From Catajapyx aquilonaris (lineage: Eukaryota), in NCBI GenBank assembly GCA_000934665.2, contig KZ538128.1, forward strand, positions 1 through 64,000: DNA of 64,000 nt, read 5' to 3'. The translations under genes and the position numbers were made by a program. The notes beneath the pieces are model-generated. The model searched no databases. It was not told the DNA's origin and saw only the letters and a program-made list of their open reading frames with translations. Below, one piece after another: positions 1 to 13,800 of the stretch (positions within the stretch are counted from its first letter, which is position 1; each line of letters starts with the position of its first letter).

Positions 1-3000
1 GATAATCTTAATGGAAACTTTTTATCACATCCTGTGTATAACCCCACCACTCCATTTTTTGGGGGTGTCCCAATATTTTCAGATCAGGGCAAGTACTTGC
101 CCAGGAGGCCAACAACTTCAAAATAAAGGTGGCCATGTTATCCAGTGTAAAATTAATTAATTAAAGTAGGGCAGCTTACCATATGCTATATATTCACAAG
201 CTGAGACAAATCCAATAATTTTGAAGAGATTCATGATACACATAAAACAGAGTAATAAGTTGATCAAACTGAATTATTCCCTTGACTGAAATGTAATGTG
301 CGACTGTTACGGTTCCGGAATGCTGATTTGAGAAATGAGATCGTCAACACCTTCTCCAATGTAACTTCATGTTGTAAAGATGCACTTTGGATCCGAAACA
401 ATTTTTTATGACATTACAAAATAATATTCCTTACATTTTTATATGTAGGTCTACTACCAGTATTTCTTCCTCTTCCTCAATTTTTGCATTTCATGTCACA
501 TAAATAAGCAAATGGGGGAAGGAGAAGTAATGGGCAGTGAGCTTTTTTTCTCATTCATAACTCTGTCGCTCTACAGTATAAATTTCTATCATAAAAATAA
601 TTGGACATAATGTGAAAAATGTGAATTTTGCATAGGTAATTTTCATGAAGAGCAGTGTAATAATATTACAGTAGGTTCCTGAAGGAATCCTGACTATTGC
701 AATATTACTGAATAAAAATTGTATTTAACTTTCATTTGCTAGCTTCCACTATATATAGGACATGTACTGCAGACAACCGAATTTTTATGGTCGGCATCAA
801 TGCGATTTCATTAAACTGATAAAAATGACAATCTATGGATTTTTAATGGGTGTGGCGGTTCACCATATAGACAACAGTAGTAGACACTCCAAAAGTGCGG
901 AAACACTTCAGATAGAATATAGTGTAAAAAGACACGACCACGAAAATCTTTTATTTCAAAGTGCCTCGCTCAAGCCTTTCTACTAAAGAAACTATTCTCG
1001 GTATTGAGTAGACTACTGGGAGATACCCTATACAAAGGGAATGATGCAGTTGTTCTTGATGCACTTCTCTGAATGCGTGACCAACCTTTTGAATTTGAAG
1101 AAAAGGTCTGCAGGAACTTGGATCGTCTTGACCTGAATGTAAATTCCAGAAGATTCTCTTTGTAACTGCAGAAGTACAATACCGACCAAGACGAAATCTT
1201 CCCAGATCGATGTGGAAATTCTGCTCAAGTGTGACTTTTACGAGAAGCATGATGTAGCCGCTAAAAATTGTTAACTTTAAAAATGCAGATTGGTGATAGT
1301 GTAAATTGGAAAACTGTAACCAAATGATCATTTCACCATTTATTGCGGAAGGATTTTATATCGTGTGCAGGGTGTAATAGCGTGAAAAAGCAAGGCTGCA
1401 ATTATTGATAAGATGATATGCCCAATCTTACAGGTACCGTAACACGAACAAAAATTAAGTCATTATGAAGTTATTTTCATAGAGGGGTTCTATCTCGTCT
1501 AATGCTTGCTTTACGGTAGTAGAAGCTGAAACCAATTTTGGTAGGCGAAGAGTGGACATTTGCTACTTATACAGTCTCTCGCTGACTGCAGTCAACTGTA
1601 TAAGCCTCAGTCTATGCCTAAAGGCCATGCAAAGAATCACACTGTTCTTAATTTCTAATTTTTCTCTTGTGATTTCTACCCAAAGCAGCAGTTACAAAAA
1701 TAACAGCACCCTTGTTTTCCCTGCTTGCTGTAGTTCATCTGGATCCTGTTTATGCTGTATATGTTTGGACAGGAAACATTTTCTGGAAAAGCCCATTAAC
1801 TTGAATACCTGAATGTGATGTTGGTGTCGGCTATTTCTAGTGACTTGTATAACAGTTTGCCATTTTGTCGAAATTAGTTTTTTTTTTCATTTTAGCACAA
1901 ATAACTTGCGTGAGGTAGCCACACAAATAATACGCATTTTCATAGCAGTTGTATGGTAGTCCTATTGTACAGTACAAAGTATATGCAGTTTACATTCATA
2001 AATAGTGGCAATCCACGTAAAAGAAAGTGTAGGTTTATACAGTATATTTGATATCCGATCATTCCCGGTATTTAACAAGGTAATTATTTGTAAACTGTTA
2101 AATAATGTAGTATCCAACCCATGGAAATAGGGCAACTATACAGTATACCTATTCGTGTGTTGAACCGAAATGATGCATAATCATGCAATACCGGAGAGCT
2201 TTGAAAGCGCATAGTCCTGTACCATATGCACCATTGCATCCATTTTGCTAATGCGTACCAGAGGCGTACCCCCAGAAGAAAAATTGCAAAAAAAAACAAG
2301 CCACGGAACATTCACGTCACCTACACTCGACGTACATTCGCGAGGTTTCCTTTGTCGAGGTTTTCCTTTCACGGGAGATGTATAGAGGGGCTAAATTATT
2401 CAGCTAATTAGCTACGGCGTGATACAATTTTGAAGCGTAGCGCAGGTTGCGGGATCTATGTTTGTTTTTTTAACTCGGAAAGCCATATGGAGCGTCTTCC
2501 ACGGTGCGCAACTATGTGCCCACCGAGAGCAGCAATGATAATTATTCTTGGAATTCTCCACGCAAAACCAGCTACAGCTCTGCACGTAATTAATTAAGCC
2601 TTTCCAGACAGAAAACATTTCGCTACTACGACTGAGAAAGGATTATGCATCTTACGCGCATCATGGGACCGATATTCAAATTAACAAAAGAGGGCTTGGA
2701 TATCACGCCCTGAATTAATCCGGTGGGTTTGGGGAAAAAACAGCATGATGATGATCAGTCATAATCAAGATGGCCGTGTCACTCGAGTGAAATGAAGGTC
2801 TTCAAGCTCCGGGCAACATGCGGCCATCAAACGTCGTTATTCGGTCAGCGAAAAAGAGCTGGGAATGTATCACAATCTGGAAGTCAGTTCACGTGCTGGA
2901 AATGTTAGTGGCATTGACAAATTGTCGCGCTCCGCTGCGTCTCCGGGTTGATTTCTCATCCCTCGCCTGCCAGGACAAATCGGATGAATTTCACGACCTC

Positions 3001-4173
3001 ATCATTTCTCTGCGGGTTAGAAATCCACTAGGGGTCTCTCTCAGATTGGCAGAAACTCAAACTTATGAATCTCATAACAAGCTTATGTACACTCACTGTG
3101 GTAGGAAATGTCAGATGTGATAATGATTTTTCAGAGTGACCGCGTCAGTTTATTGGTCTCTGTCAGCAGTCAGATGACTCTTTCATTTTTTTGACATTCG
3201 TATCCTACATTATGAGAACTAACCTATCTGATGCTAATCTCGCATTAACAATGCATGTTTCAAATTGTAACATAACCTGCTATTGTACCCTGAAAAATGT
3301 ATGGTCAAACCCTTAGTTAGTGAGGTGGGGGGCAACTGATCCCCCCAAGGCTTCATTTAATTGCATTAATATTAATAGATGTGCCTATATACAAATACAG
3401 TCAGTGTCTGATCTGACCGTAATAACCTGTCAAATCTTTTCCCCCTGGTCGCCGCCATGTTTGAGCAGATATATAACATGGCGGCGCCCTGGGGAAGAGA
3501 CTAGCCTTGTTTTTCGAAAATTCCATGTTGGAACTCAAACCAGGCTCTAGGGGCTACTAATTCATCAGCTTGACACCTTTGCCACACTCCCGGACTGTCG
3601 AGTTGGCAGCGTTATCACCCTTCATACCCATCATAAGGAATTTGTAAACATGCTTTCATTTTGGGTTCCTGTGAAGGGGGCGAAGTGAAGCAAGGCTATA
3701 ACTTGACTACAATGATGTGCCACGCTCGAAAAAAATTCTGTCAGCAGAGTGAGTTGTATAGTACGGCAAGTGGGAAGCGGCAAGACCTAACAATGGACCA
3801 TTATGTCCGGAAAGGCCCCGATGTATGTCAGTTACGTAAAATCGAAGTTTACAAACTAACAACTAAATTTAGCGTGGAGCGTAAAAGTTGAGTTATGACG
3901 ATATTTGCATTTTTAAAAATCTTTCTCAGTCAAATATATTGTGAGAAGAAATAAACAATGGTGTACTGGTTTAGGCCACTATCCATACGCCTTTGAAGTT
4001 CCAAATTCGACTCTAGGATGAGCCGAAGTATTTTTTCATGTTGATGCAGATTCAAAGGGTTATCTCCCGGTCCATGTGGGTTTTCTACGGTTCTCCCTTC
4101 TTCTCCAATTCTCCATTACTTCCTCAGTGTTACGCACTCTTCTGTCTTCTCCCTTGATTTATTTATTTATTTA

Positions 4174-4347
4174 CAGTAAAACCTAGATATAACGCTCCTG
4201 CATATAACGCTTTCCCGATTTTAACGCCTCTTTTTTCGGATCCCTTGATAATTTCCATAAGGTAAATTTTCCCGCATATAACGCTATCCCGCATATAACG
4301 CTACTTTTGGATGGTCCATTGAAGAACGTTTTATAGAGGTATTACTG
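4174..4347. mobile_element. pogo/Tigger-type MITE
   Basis: CAGTA...TACTG ends flanked by TA on both sides; internal repeats of (gc)atataacgc. Confidence 0.7.
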
Positions 4348-6434
4348 TATTAATTAATTACTTAATTAATTTTTCATTCATTCCTTCATGCATTCATCTG
4401 ATTGTGATCATCATGAGATTAAAATTAAATAGTGCCGTAGGCTTAAAAATGGGTCGATAGGAAAATATGATTACCAGCTTCTATTCACTCGAGCTTTTTT
4501 ATAGTTCAGTTTGCTGTAGGTGTTGATAATGGCATTTATCAGGATGGAAAGGAATTTCATCTGACGGAACCCAACTTCTATTCTTGGCGTTTGATTGGGA
4601 GTGCAGTAGGGATTCTTCGGCATCGGCAATCCACACACTCTAATAGCTTTATGGTCTAAAGTAATTGCATTTCCCCCGGGAGACAGGATCCAACAGAATT
4701 TCTCCCCGTTGCATCGCTGCATTTACGCTTTAGGTATCCAAAGACCATAAACGACACGTTTTGCTAGGTCGAATACACTGTAGGAAACTATAAAGTTGAT
4801 AGTCTTAAAGATGATGTGGTGGGTTTTTCGTCTTTCTCAGTGCTAACATTAGACCTATCCATTCTCTCAACTTCAACTCTGGAGACTCTGGAGACCTGTA
4901 AAGTTTTTGGAAGAATCCCCAACACGATGCTAGTAGCATTTTGTTAATATTAAGAAAAACTCATCTTACAGCTGCACAGTATATTGTTCCTATGTGAATG
5001 TGACATATATATCCTCGGGTATCCTCCACTGTACAGGTGAAGCCGAGCGCATAACTGTCAAAAGATATGTTTGAGTTAAAGAGATCAGTGAGTCAAGTGA
5101 AATCAAAAATCAAACCCGCAACAGTCGTCTTGATTTCGACCATCACCTCACAATCACAAGAATTGTGATTCGGAAATCACGGTAATAATGCCTCGGACCA
5201 TTTCGACAGTGAACGGAAAGAACGACAGTTCAGCATGCACTAAATTACTCCTGCATTATATTCCAACATCGTGCGTGTCCTCAATTTTTCTAAATATGTT
5301 CATATGTTATCTGCATGCTTCTGGCAAATTGAGTAATACAACAGAACGTAATGGCTCACATGCGTGTTTCTCTTACACACGTTATTTCAAGTGAAACCGA
5401 TTTGATAAAAGCGATGGGTGCATGTCATTTCATTTTGTAAGAGTGCCGTTAAAAGGAACATTTTTAACCACGTAGGTAGGAACAGTGGACAAGGAGCCTG
5501 ATTTCAAATATGTGGTTTTGCATTAGAAGGTTCTCATTTCTGGGCAATGAACTCATACTGGAGCCTGCAGCAAAAGAGCCTGAATGCACATCAGAATGGA
5601 GAACTTAAATATACTGTATAAGCCACATTGGATTGTCAGATTAGGCCTACTCCGTGCTGCGCCCTTTGTGGCGAGCCTGAGGTCAAAATGGCTTGTGCCT
5701 TCTGCAAAAGGGTCGTTAAATCCAGTGCCTTCAGAATAGGCCCATATGGTGCACAAATGTGCACAAAAAAGGTGCGACACTTTCGACACAATGGCCTATA
5801 TACTGTCACATGACACACAAAAACGTATCAGATAATCTCGTCAACGAGTTTTGTGTCAAATGACACAAATCATGTGTCATTTGATATGACACACTGCATA
5901 TATCCTAATTCTGTTCTGTGAAAAGACATGCCAAAATGATTGTGTCAAGTGACACACGTGCAGAAGGATGGAAGGGTGACGCATGTAGGCCTATGCCATA
6001 GAGCACACAAGTGTGGTTTTCTGCGGCAGAATGTGTCTCTCGACTCGTATTTTTATGTCCTATACTGTAGGCTACGTTTTACCATGCTATGCTGTTGTTG
6101 AATAATTATTGAACGCCAAAAAATGTAGATTCGACTGATAAATGCGGCCAATCCATTTTGAAGCATTTGCAAACGACATATAATGACTGATGATGATGAC
6201 CTAATAATGCTTAATAGTGGTTCAAATGCAACGTAACCTGCAAATGCCTCCGAATTTGTCGGTCACTTGAACGGAATTCACTCGAGACTCGACATAATCT
6301 TGTTGAAGAGGATTAAATGAATCAACCGATTACTCTCATCAAACTGCGAGGATAATATAGCTCCACTTGCAACAAGTAGTTTTTCCCCCGACAACTGCAA
6401 TCCACCATGTACTCTATTAACCCTCCTGTGCCAC

Positions 6435-6435
<1 letters not shown>

Positions 6436-6493
<58 letters not shown>
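6436..6493. repeat. (AAT)n microsatellite, possibly the tail of a minus-strand retroposon remnant (about 6494-6800)
   Basis: About 19 perfect TAA units directly abutting a GC-richer segment. Confidence 0.85.
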
Positions 6494-6496
<3 letters not shown>

Positions 6497-7237
6497 TTTG
6501 CGGCTGAAAACCGCGGTCACAGAATAATTATGTAGTCAACGCAACGGTACGAGTGTGAGTGACGTGAAGCACAGAGCCACAGACTGTGCGGAGCTTTCCC
6601 GGACAGTTTATCCTGACTGTTAAGAGCAACTCTGCACGCCTCTTCTGTCCAACGGAATGCCTGCGTTGCAGGATATTACTTTTTACGTCCGCCTCACAAG
6701 AGTCCGAGTGGATTATTATGCCCACATTCTTCAATATCCACCAGGCTAACCGGTCTAGCCGGTGGGTGGCCGAATCCAGGACCACTTAATGTTCTTGCGC
6801 TCAGAATGCTCTAATGCTCTAAACACTCAACCAAGCAGTGCACGGACTGTGTAGTACTGCGTAGCACACGGTGCACTCCGTGTGTTACTGCGTAGCTAAA
6901 GCTACATTATCGCACACTAGTAGGGAACCTGTTATTCTCACGGACTGCTTCCATGGTAATCAACAACCACTGATATTGTTGAATGTTGCCATGGTATGTT
7001 TCCATGGCAATGTCATCAACAACAATCATTGTTGGTAATGGAAATCCCATTGCCATGGTTACCGTACGAAATGAGTATGAAATGGCTATTAAATTGACAA
7101 ACAAGCAAACAAACAAACATCGCCTTTTACACTCTATTGCATGCTAATACACTCCCAAACAAAAATAAAAATCGGGCACAAGTTGTCGATGCTGATTTAC
7201 TTTTGCAAATCAGATCCAAACATCCGGGGCTCTATAG

Positions 7238-8089
7238 CAGTGGTTCCCAAACTGTGTTCTGCGGAAACTTTGAGAATAACATGACACCTTTGAAGAAAAA
7301 AAAGCTCACTTGTCCACCACCTGGCCTTGAACACAAGGGCGCCTAAATTTTTAGTTCATTGGACGAATTTTTCACCGCAAGTGGCATTTCATGGAACAAC
7401 TGCATCAATGTAATGTGTTAGGCTCAAACCCCGAAAACGGCCATTGATCGAAAAAACTGAGCATTTCAAACGAGCATTCCTTGAAATGCTCATTTTTAAA
7501 AGACCAGAACGCTTTTCTGAACTGCACAAAAATGTCATGACGCGAAATTAGTGTCGTGGCTGGTTCAGAAAAAGCCCATAACGCGCTGTGGCAGTTTCTT
7601 GTTTCCCACTACGCCATGTAGATAACAACAATAGCGTGATTTATTTTCAGCATCTACATGGCGTACTGGGAAACCCCGCCTCCGGTACCAGCCCGGAGGG
7701 GGGTGTCGTACAGGAAGCAAATAAAACAATATTTTTGTAAAAATAAAGTTTGGCGAACTTTGCATATAAACGTTCCACGAAACCAAATTCGTTCAATAAT
7801 TATTCACTGAACAAGAATGAAGGAGACAGGGATGAACACTACGTCAGTTACATTCGCCTAAGCTTGTGTGACCTTGAACCCCAAAAAATTTGCCTCACTC
7901 TCCTCATTCCTGGGGGAGGGGTGGGGGGTCCGTCTCTTCCCCGTCGCCCCGGGTGCCTAATCCTCTTGTTACGCCCCTGCGATGTAGGCCCTACCTAAAG
8001 CCCACATTGAAGGGGNGGATGGCAGGGGCTCCGCTGTCAAATTTTTTCAAAAATAGGGCTCCATGGGACAAAAAGTTGGGGAACCACTG
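7238..8089. mobile_element. hAT (Charlie-like) non-autonomous element
   Basis: TIRs CAGTGGTTCCCAA / TTGGGGAACCACTG; 8-bp TSD CTCTATAG / CTCTATAT. Confidence 0.85.
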
Positions 8090-11000
8090 CTCTATATAGC
8101 ATAGGACTAAGTAAAGCAATTTGACCAATAGCTAAGTTTCGATGATATTCTAGTAGACTACATAATTATGCGGCGCATGCATGAATTTGAGTTCCTATAT
8201 TTCACAAGCAGCACTATACGTACTGCTTTGCCATGAACCCTTACTCTAACATAAAAACACATGTTAGGCCCATATTCGTGTCTCTCACTTGTAATAGTCT
8301 ACAGTCTCTCTCATTCCTCTTTACAACTGAGAACTTTTTTCAAACTCCTCGTCTAATTATACTGCTCTTAAATACACCCAGAAGTTTCAAAGAAAATCAG
8401 AGCGACAGAGATGGGGCAAAGGGAGGCAGGATATTGGCGGTGATAGAAGTAAGCTGATAACAACAGAGTTGTGCGAGTGTTCATCGGGCACGCAGAGAGG
8501 TGTTTTGTTGCAGCAAAATATACGACCGATAATGTACAATAGCAGAAGCGAACCATCAAAGTAATATCGCATCACCCAGGGCAGAAAAGCCCTCGGAAAA
8601 GCCTCCTTGTCATATAGCCATAGATATCATGCCTCGCAACGAATCTTCGTTATAATCTGATCCTTTTTTGATTCCTGAAAGATGCTGGATCTATCGAGAC
8701 GAGCTATTATCCCGGGATCCTTTCGCATGTAAATCTTTCTGAATGGTCCCGTATTCTTTTTCCATCGGTCGTTGACAGCACCTGGCAAGAAAGCTATCCA
8801 ATCATGTTCCAGGCAAATTGACGAAGGCGGGAGTGCGTGGTGTGAAAGACCTGGCCAGACAAATGCCCACCTATTCCATTATTCTCAGGTCGATACAACT
8901 TCTAGGGTTTCCTTTCACACCTTAACAGCTTTCCCCTTTTTTTTTCTTTCATGACCTATAGAGAATAAGAGTTTGGGTAAGGCGTCCAATCCATCAAAAG
9001 ACTTTGTTGGAAATTGTTAGTGTAATGTCAAGTGTGGGTGGGGACACAGGTGTGGGATTGGAATATCGATGTACGTGAGCCGAAGAAACTGTCTCGTTCA
9101 GTCACTCCCGCAGCTAAATGAACTTGTTGAAGGCCGTGTAATTACGGAGGTAACGAGCCATTTTGTAGCATCGCGCCATCTTGCAGGAAGCGCTGACAAG
9201 ATATATGCTTTTCCGATGTAATTCAGCTGTATCTAATGCTCACTGCAAGTTTAGCAGAACGCAGTGCCCATGCTGAAGCTTGGTGAAACTGCGTTAAAGC
9301 GACAAGATATTTAAGTTTAAAATATTGTAATGAGAATTCTGCCACAAAATTTATCTCTTACGTTTCAGTCAAATTTAGAGAGCAAAAACTGTTTCCATGC
9401 ACAAATATGTACTTAACTTGGTTTTGTAACGCTCATTACTCTAGGTACAACATGGAGGCATAATAAATAAAGTTCGTACTGTCGAATAATGCTTTGTTTT
9501 GGTATTCCACACAGTGAACCAAGAATGGTTTCATCCATGTTGCTTCAGCTGCAGGACATTTGTGTTATGTATGTCTGTATACAGTATATCAAACTCTATA
9601 CCCCTCTACATTTACAATTAGATTTCGTATAGGCCAATATCTGATTCACCATCCGACGAGAGAAAGGAATAGCTTTCATTTTTCAGTCCGAGTTTGAAAA
9701 CAAACTCTCGATTCTAACGAATACAATTACAATTGGAAGTTAGATTTTCCATATTTGGAAAAACACAATATTCCTGGAGGACTCCCTGAGGCTACAAAAG
9801 AAAAAAACTTTGCTCCAACTCTCTCCCTCTTTGCCCTCTGTCGCCCATTGACTTTGCCTCGAAAAAAATAAATAAAGAACTTCCCAGAATTGATGAAACT
9901 TCAGTTTTCTAGCTGACTCCTAGTTCTGTCAAAAGGTCAACCTTGACTATTGCTCTCCTGCCCACGTAGGTGTCGGTCAATTTGTCCTATAACAAATAGA
10001 TCCATTGATTTTAGGGTCCCTTATTTTAAACATTTGCGCAAAAAGGAGGGTGGGGTTGGTTAGAGCACACACTTAGTGGTAACTAAAATCAATTTCCGAC
10101 TGCGAAAAAAAAACCAACAGCGGCGTGTTTTACTTGCCTCCAACTCTTGCCGGAAATGGGTCGGGGACGTTGCAGGATATGCAGTTTTATCTCTTCTGCA
10201 GGATGCACGCACTATGTATCGACTTTGGTGTCAATCTTGAATGGCATCGCTGCAGTGTCGCTCTCGTTATAATGGGTGCAATGTCGTGACCTTTGCACAA
10301 TTAGAGTCATGCCCATGTGATTAATAATTCAGATATAGTGAAGTGCATTTGTCCAACACTAATTGAATGACAAAGGCTTTAAACAAAGCTCGAGCTTCTA
10401 CACGTAACTAATTTTTTTCTTGGCAGTCCATCATAATTATCACTGTTCGCTGAATTTACCGAGTTAGGCAAAGTTTATAAGCTGTTATTTATTTGATTGT
10501 TCAAAATAGCTTGGTTTTAATATAGCAGAGAGAAATAGATGTGTCTCTGCATGCTTATTCTGCAGGCGTGGCGTGTCATGATAATCAAGGAACCTGCCCC
10601 AGGCGTGTTCATTTTGCGTATGCAAGCCACATCACTATAGGTTTTAATTAATGGTCGGTCCTATTTAAGTACATGGCAATGACATTAATGATAATGCTAG
10701 CAAAGTAAAACTTTTAGTGGGATTATGCACAATGTGCTTATTAATTATTCTCATATGTTAGTTGGAACTTAATTGCGTAGGGCCGTAGGCTAATTGCTTT
10801 TTTATGATTTTGTAAAAAAAACTCAGGCCTACGTGGGCGTACCATTTCATTTTCAGGTAATTTATTAAACAGCTCGTATAGTTTATATAACTAGACGTGG
10901 TGGGTATAGGGTGGGCATCAAAAGAAAACTTAATGCAGGGTGTGCCAAATAATGATATGCCTGTTTTAGTAGTGAGGGGTAAACGGACAAACCAATTGGA

Positions 11001-11930
11001 ACGTAGTATAAAATCGTATACGTTAGCTTGTGAATGCGTCGCATAATCCAAATTAAAATAGCAGTTAAAATTGTCCAGTTTTATGTCATCTATACATTAA
11101 AATTTATGACTAGTTCAGCCTTCTACAAAGGAAGGAGTCTACTACTTTAGACTGTTTATTAGTACTTAGACCTAAGTAGGCTATAATATGCCTCCAGCAG
11201 CTCGAGCAGAAATAGGCGGAACATTATTGATTAAAATTGTACTAAGTAAATCCAATTTTGGTTAAGGTCTACTACTATATCTGATGCCTACTCTCTTAGG
11301 CAATGGCGATGACGGCGCATACCTATCTTTCCATATAATTAACTTATCATCGGGGAATATTTGCTAGTAATAATGCAGTTTGGTTGAGTTATGTATACGT
11401 GCTCTCACAAAACAACATCAAGTCATGACCATGTCAAGGCGGCCAATAAACCTGCTTTTGACTTTTTCGTAAGACAGTTAAAATAATTTATGGAACGTCA
11501 CTAACCCATGCAGGCCATTCCGCCTAAGCATTATTACCGGTAAACTTAAATTCTACGAACCCGGTTCAAATTCTAGGCCTTGAGAATGTACAGTACATTG
11601 CCGAAGAAATCCTGCAGTCCGCATTTGCATTCTTGAAGGGGTCTTGAAATGGAACCTGAATACCACAGATATATTGAGCATCTGCCTTGACTGCTTAATA
11701 GCCATATAGGGTTCACTCAAGGTACTGACCGTGACCCATAAACGAGTCTTGAAAAGTAAATGCAAACCATATTACGTAGGCTTTACATTTAAGGTGCCGT
11801 AAAATGTGTTACTCTCCCAGTGCTTCAACTGCTCATATAATTTTCATGGGAAGCTGTAGCCAAAATACATGAGGTCTGTTACATACTTATACTTGTACTG
11901 TACAATGGTATTTACATCATGAAATAAATA

Positions 11931-12369
11931 CAGTCGGCCCCCGGTTATCCGCGGTAATTGTTTTCAAGCCCTCCGAACCGAATCCTACAGTTTTCTATAA
12001 CATATAGTCTACATTCTACCTAGGTACACTACATGATAACCCATGATAAGTTTAATTATTTACAAATTGTACACATTTACGTTACACATTACGTTAACAC
12101 AATTAACAATAAATTAGAAAAGTTACAACAATTCAATACTGTCCTGCAACAAAATACAGACACCGTATACCAATAGTGCAGTTTAATTAACGAATTATGC
12201 ATATTAAGATATCAACAAAAACAACTAGCAATACAATTTTATAACAATACTGCACTGTATTGTACTAAAAATACGTGTTAGATTTTTAAAATTTAATATA
12301 TGTAAAAATATTTGTTTAATATTATTCAAACCTCGGATAACGATATTGCGCATAACTGCAGGCCGACTG
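11931..12369. mobile_element. pogo/Tigger-type MITE
   Basis: TIRs CAGTCGGCC / GGCCGACTG with TA flanks; subterminal ttatccgcgg / cggataac; related copy at about 29906-30275. Confidence 0.75.
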
Positions 12370-13619
12370 TACAAGTCACTTATATTACAGTACAAGGGAT
12401 GAATAGCCGAATTTTTCCATCTTCTTACACAATACATGTTCATTTACTGTTACTGTTTTCAAAACCATCTGGATGCATGAAAAATGCCCTTAATGATTTT
12501 CTATTATGATAGGATACAATGTTAAATTATATCGATGTTTGTCAAATAACGCCCTGAAACAAGTGCAAATAAATTGCATTGCGTTCCCGACATTGAGTTC
12601 ATTTGCACGTTTCACGAAATCAGACACGAGGCCGAGCGAACTTGGCAGAAATTGAATGGAGCTGCAAATGAGCAAATACTTTGAACACAGAAGTCGAATC
12701 ACGATGAATCTGTTTCGGATTTAGCACATTTTCCCTTGAAAGGTAAGTGAAGCAGACTTAATTACTAAAACCGTGTAATAAACCCTGGTCGTCAAAGTTT
12801 GGCAGGCAATACTAAATCGAACCACGAAGTGAAAGCTGGCCAATTTCCTTTCACACGACGAGGAATATTACGGTATACGGGTGTACGTCCTCATTTATCA
12901 TTCCTGATTAAGTTTGGGATTAGACTAACTGGATCTTGAACCGTGTTCTTACACTGAACCCCCTGCTGGTCGATGAAGAACGTGTCCTTAATCAAATTGC
13001 CATATTAAAGCGGGCGATCTATAGTAATCTCGTCACCGGTATCTTTGGTCGTTAGCGAACTGTCATCAAGTGTCTAAAGCCATTACTGTACTGAGTTACA
13101 AGTTGGTGTAGACAAGATGGAAGTTTGGACTTTCGGTAATTATTGAAGAAGTCATTCATAAAATCAATTTTTGGACTCTGGATTGGAAAAGTTGGCGCCT
13201 AATGATAAGTTTAATTTGTTGGAAAATGTAGATTACGAACTCTTTGTCCTATACCACCATAGGGGAGGTTATTTGTTCAGATCATGTTGCCTGCTTCAGA
13301 GGATTTTGAAATGCAGTGATTTGAACCAGTATGGTATAACGGGTATAATTTGGGTTTGGAATATCGCAAGAAACCTGAGTCCCAAGGAAGTAGTGTACAA
13401 CCATTTTGTAACACCCTCTCTATAAGACCCTGGTATGGTAACGCAAAAAAAGCTTAAATGCATGACTGTGGATCTAGCAAGCACCGGCGACATGTTTCAT
13501 GTTATGAACTGGCTCAACATTCAGTGTAATCTTTCTGATGGAATGGTTTAACCCAATGAAACGATTAATTTCATTAAATTGCACTCTAATGAAAATGGAC
13601 ACCTTTCATTAATTTTTTG

Positions 13620-13800
13620 CTTCTTTTCTTTTTCTTTTTTCATTACCCCACTTAGGGAGCTACTTACTCCTTGGGGGTGGGGGGGGGGGGTGGATTATCA
13701 CCATCGGGATTTGTTGGAGCGTGTTAATAAGAAGGATCTTATTAGTTTACTCCAAGGGTAGGTGGGAGGGGATGTGCAAAGTGCATGTGCGCCGTCGTTG
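13620..13800 (-). mobile_element. SINE 3' portion (same family as 62017-62354)
   Basis: Reverse complement shares gcactttgcacatccc..acctacccttgga and the atggtg..aatccaccccc tail, followed by an A-rich end. Confidence 0.6.
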
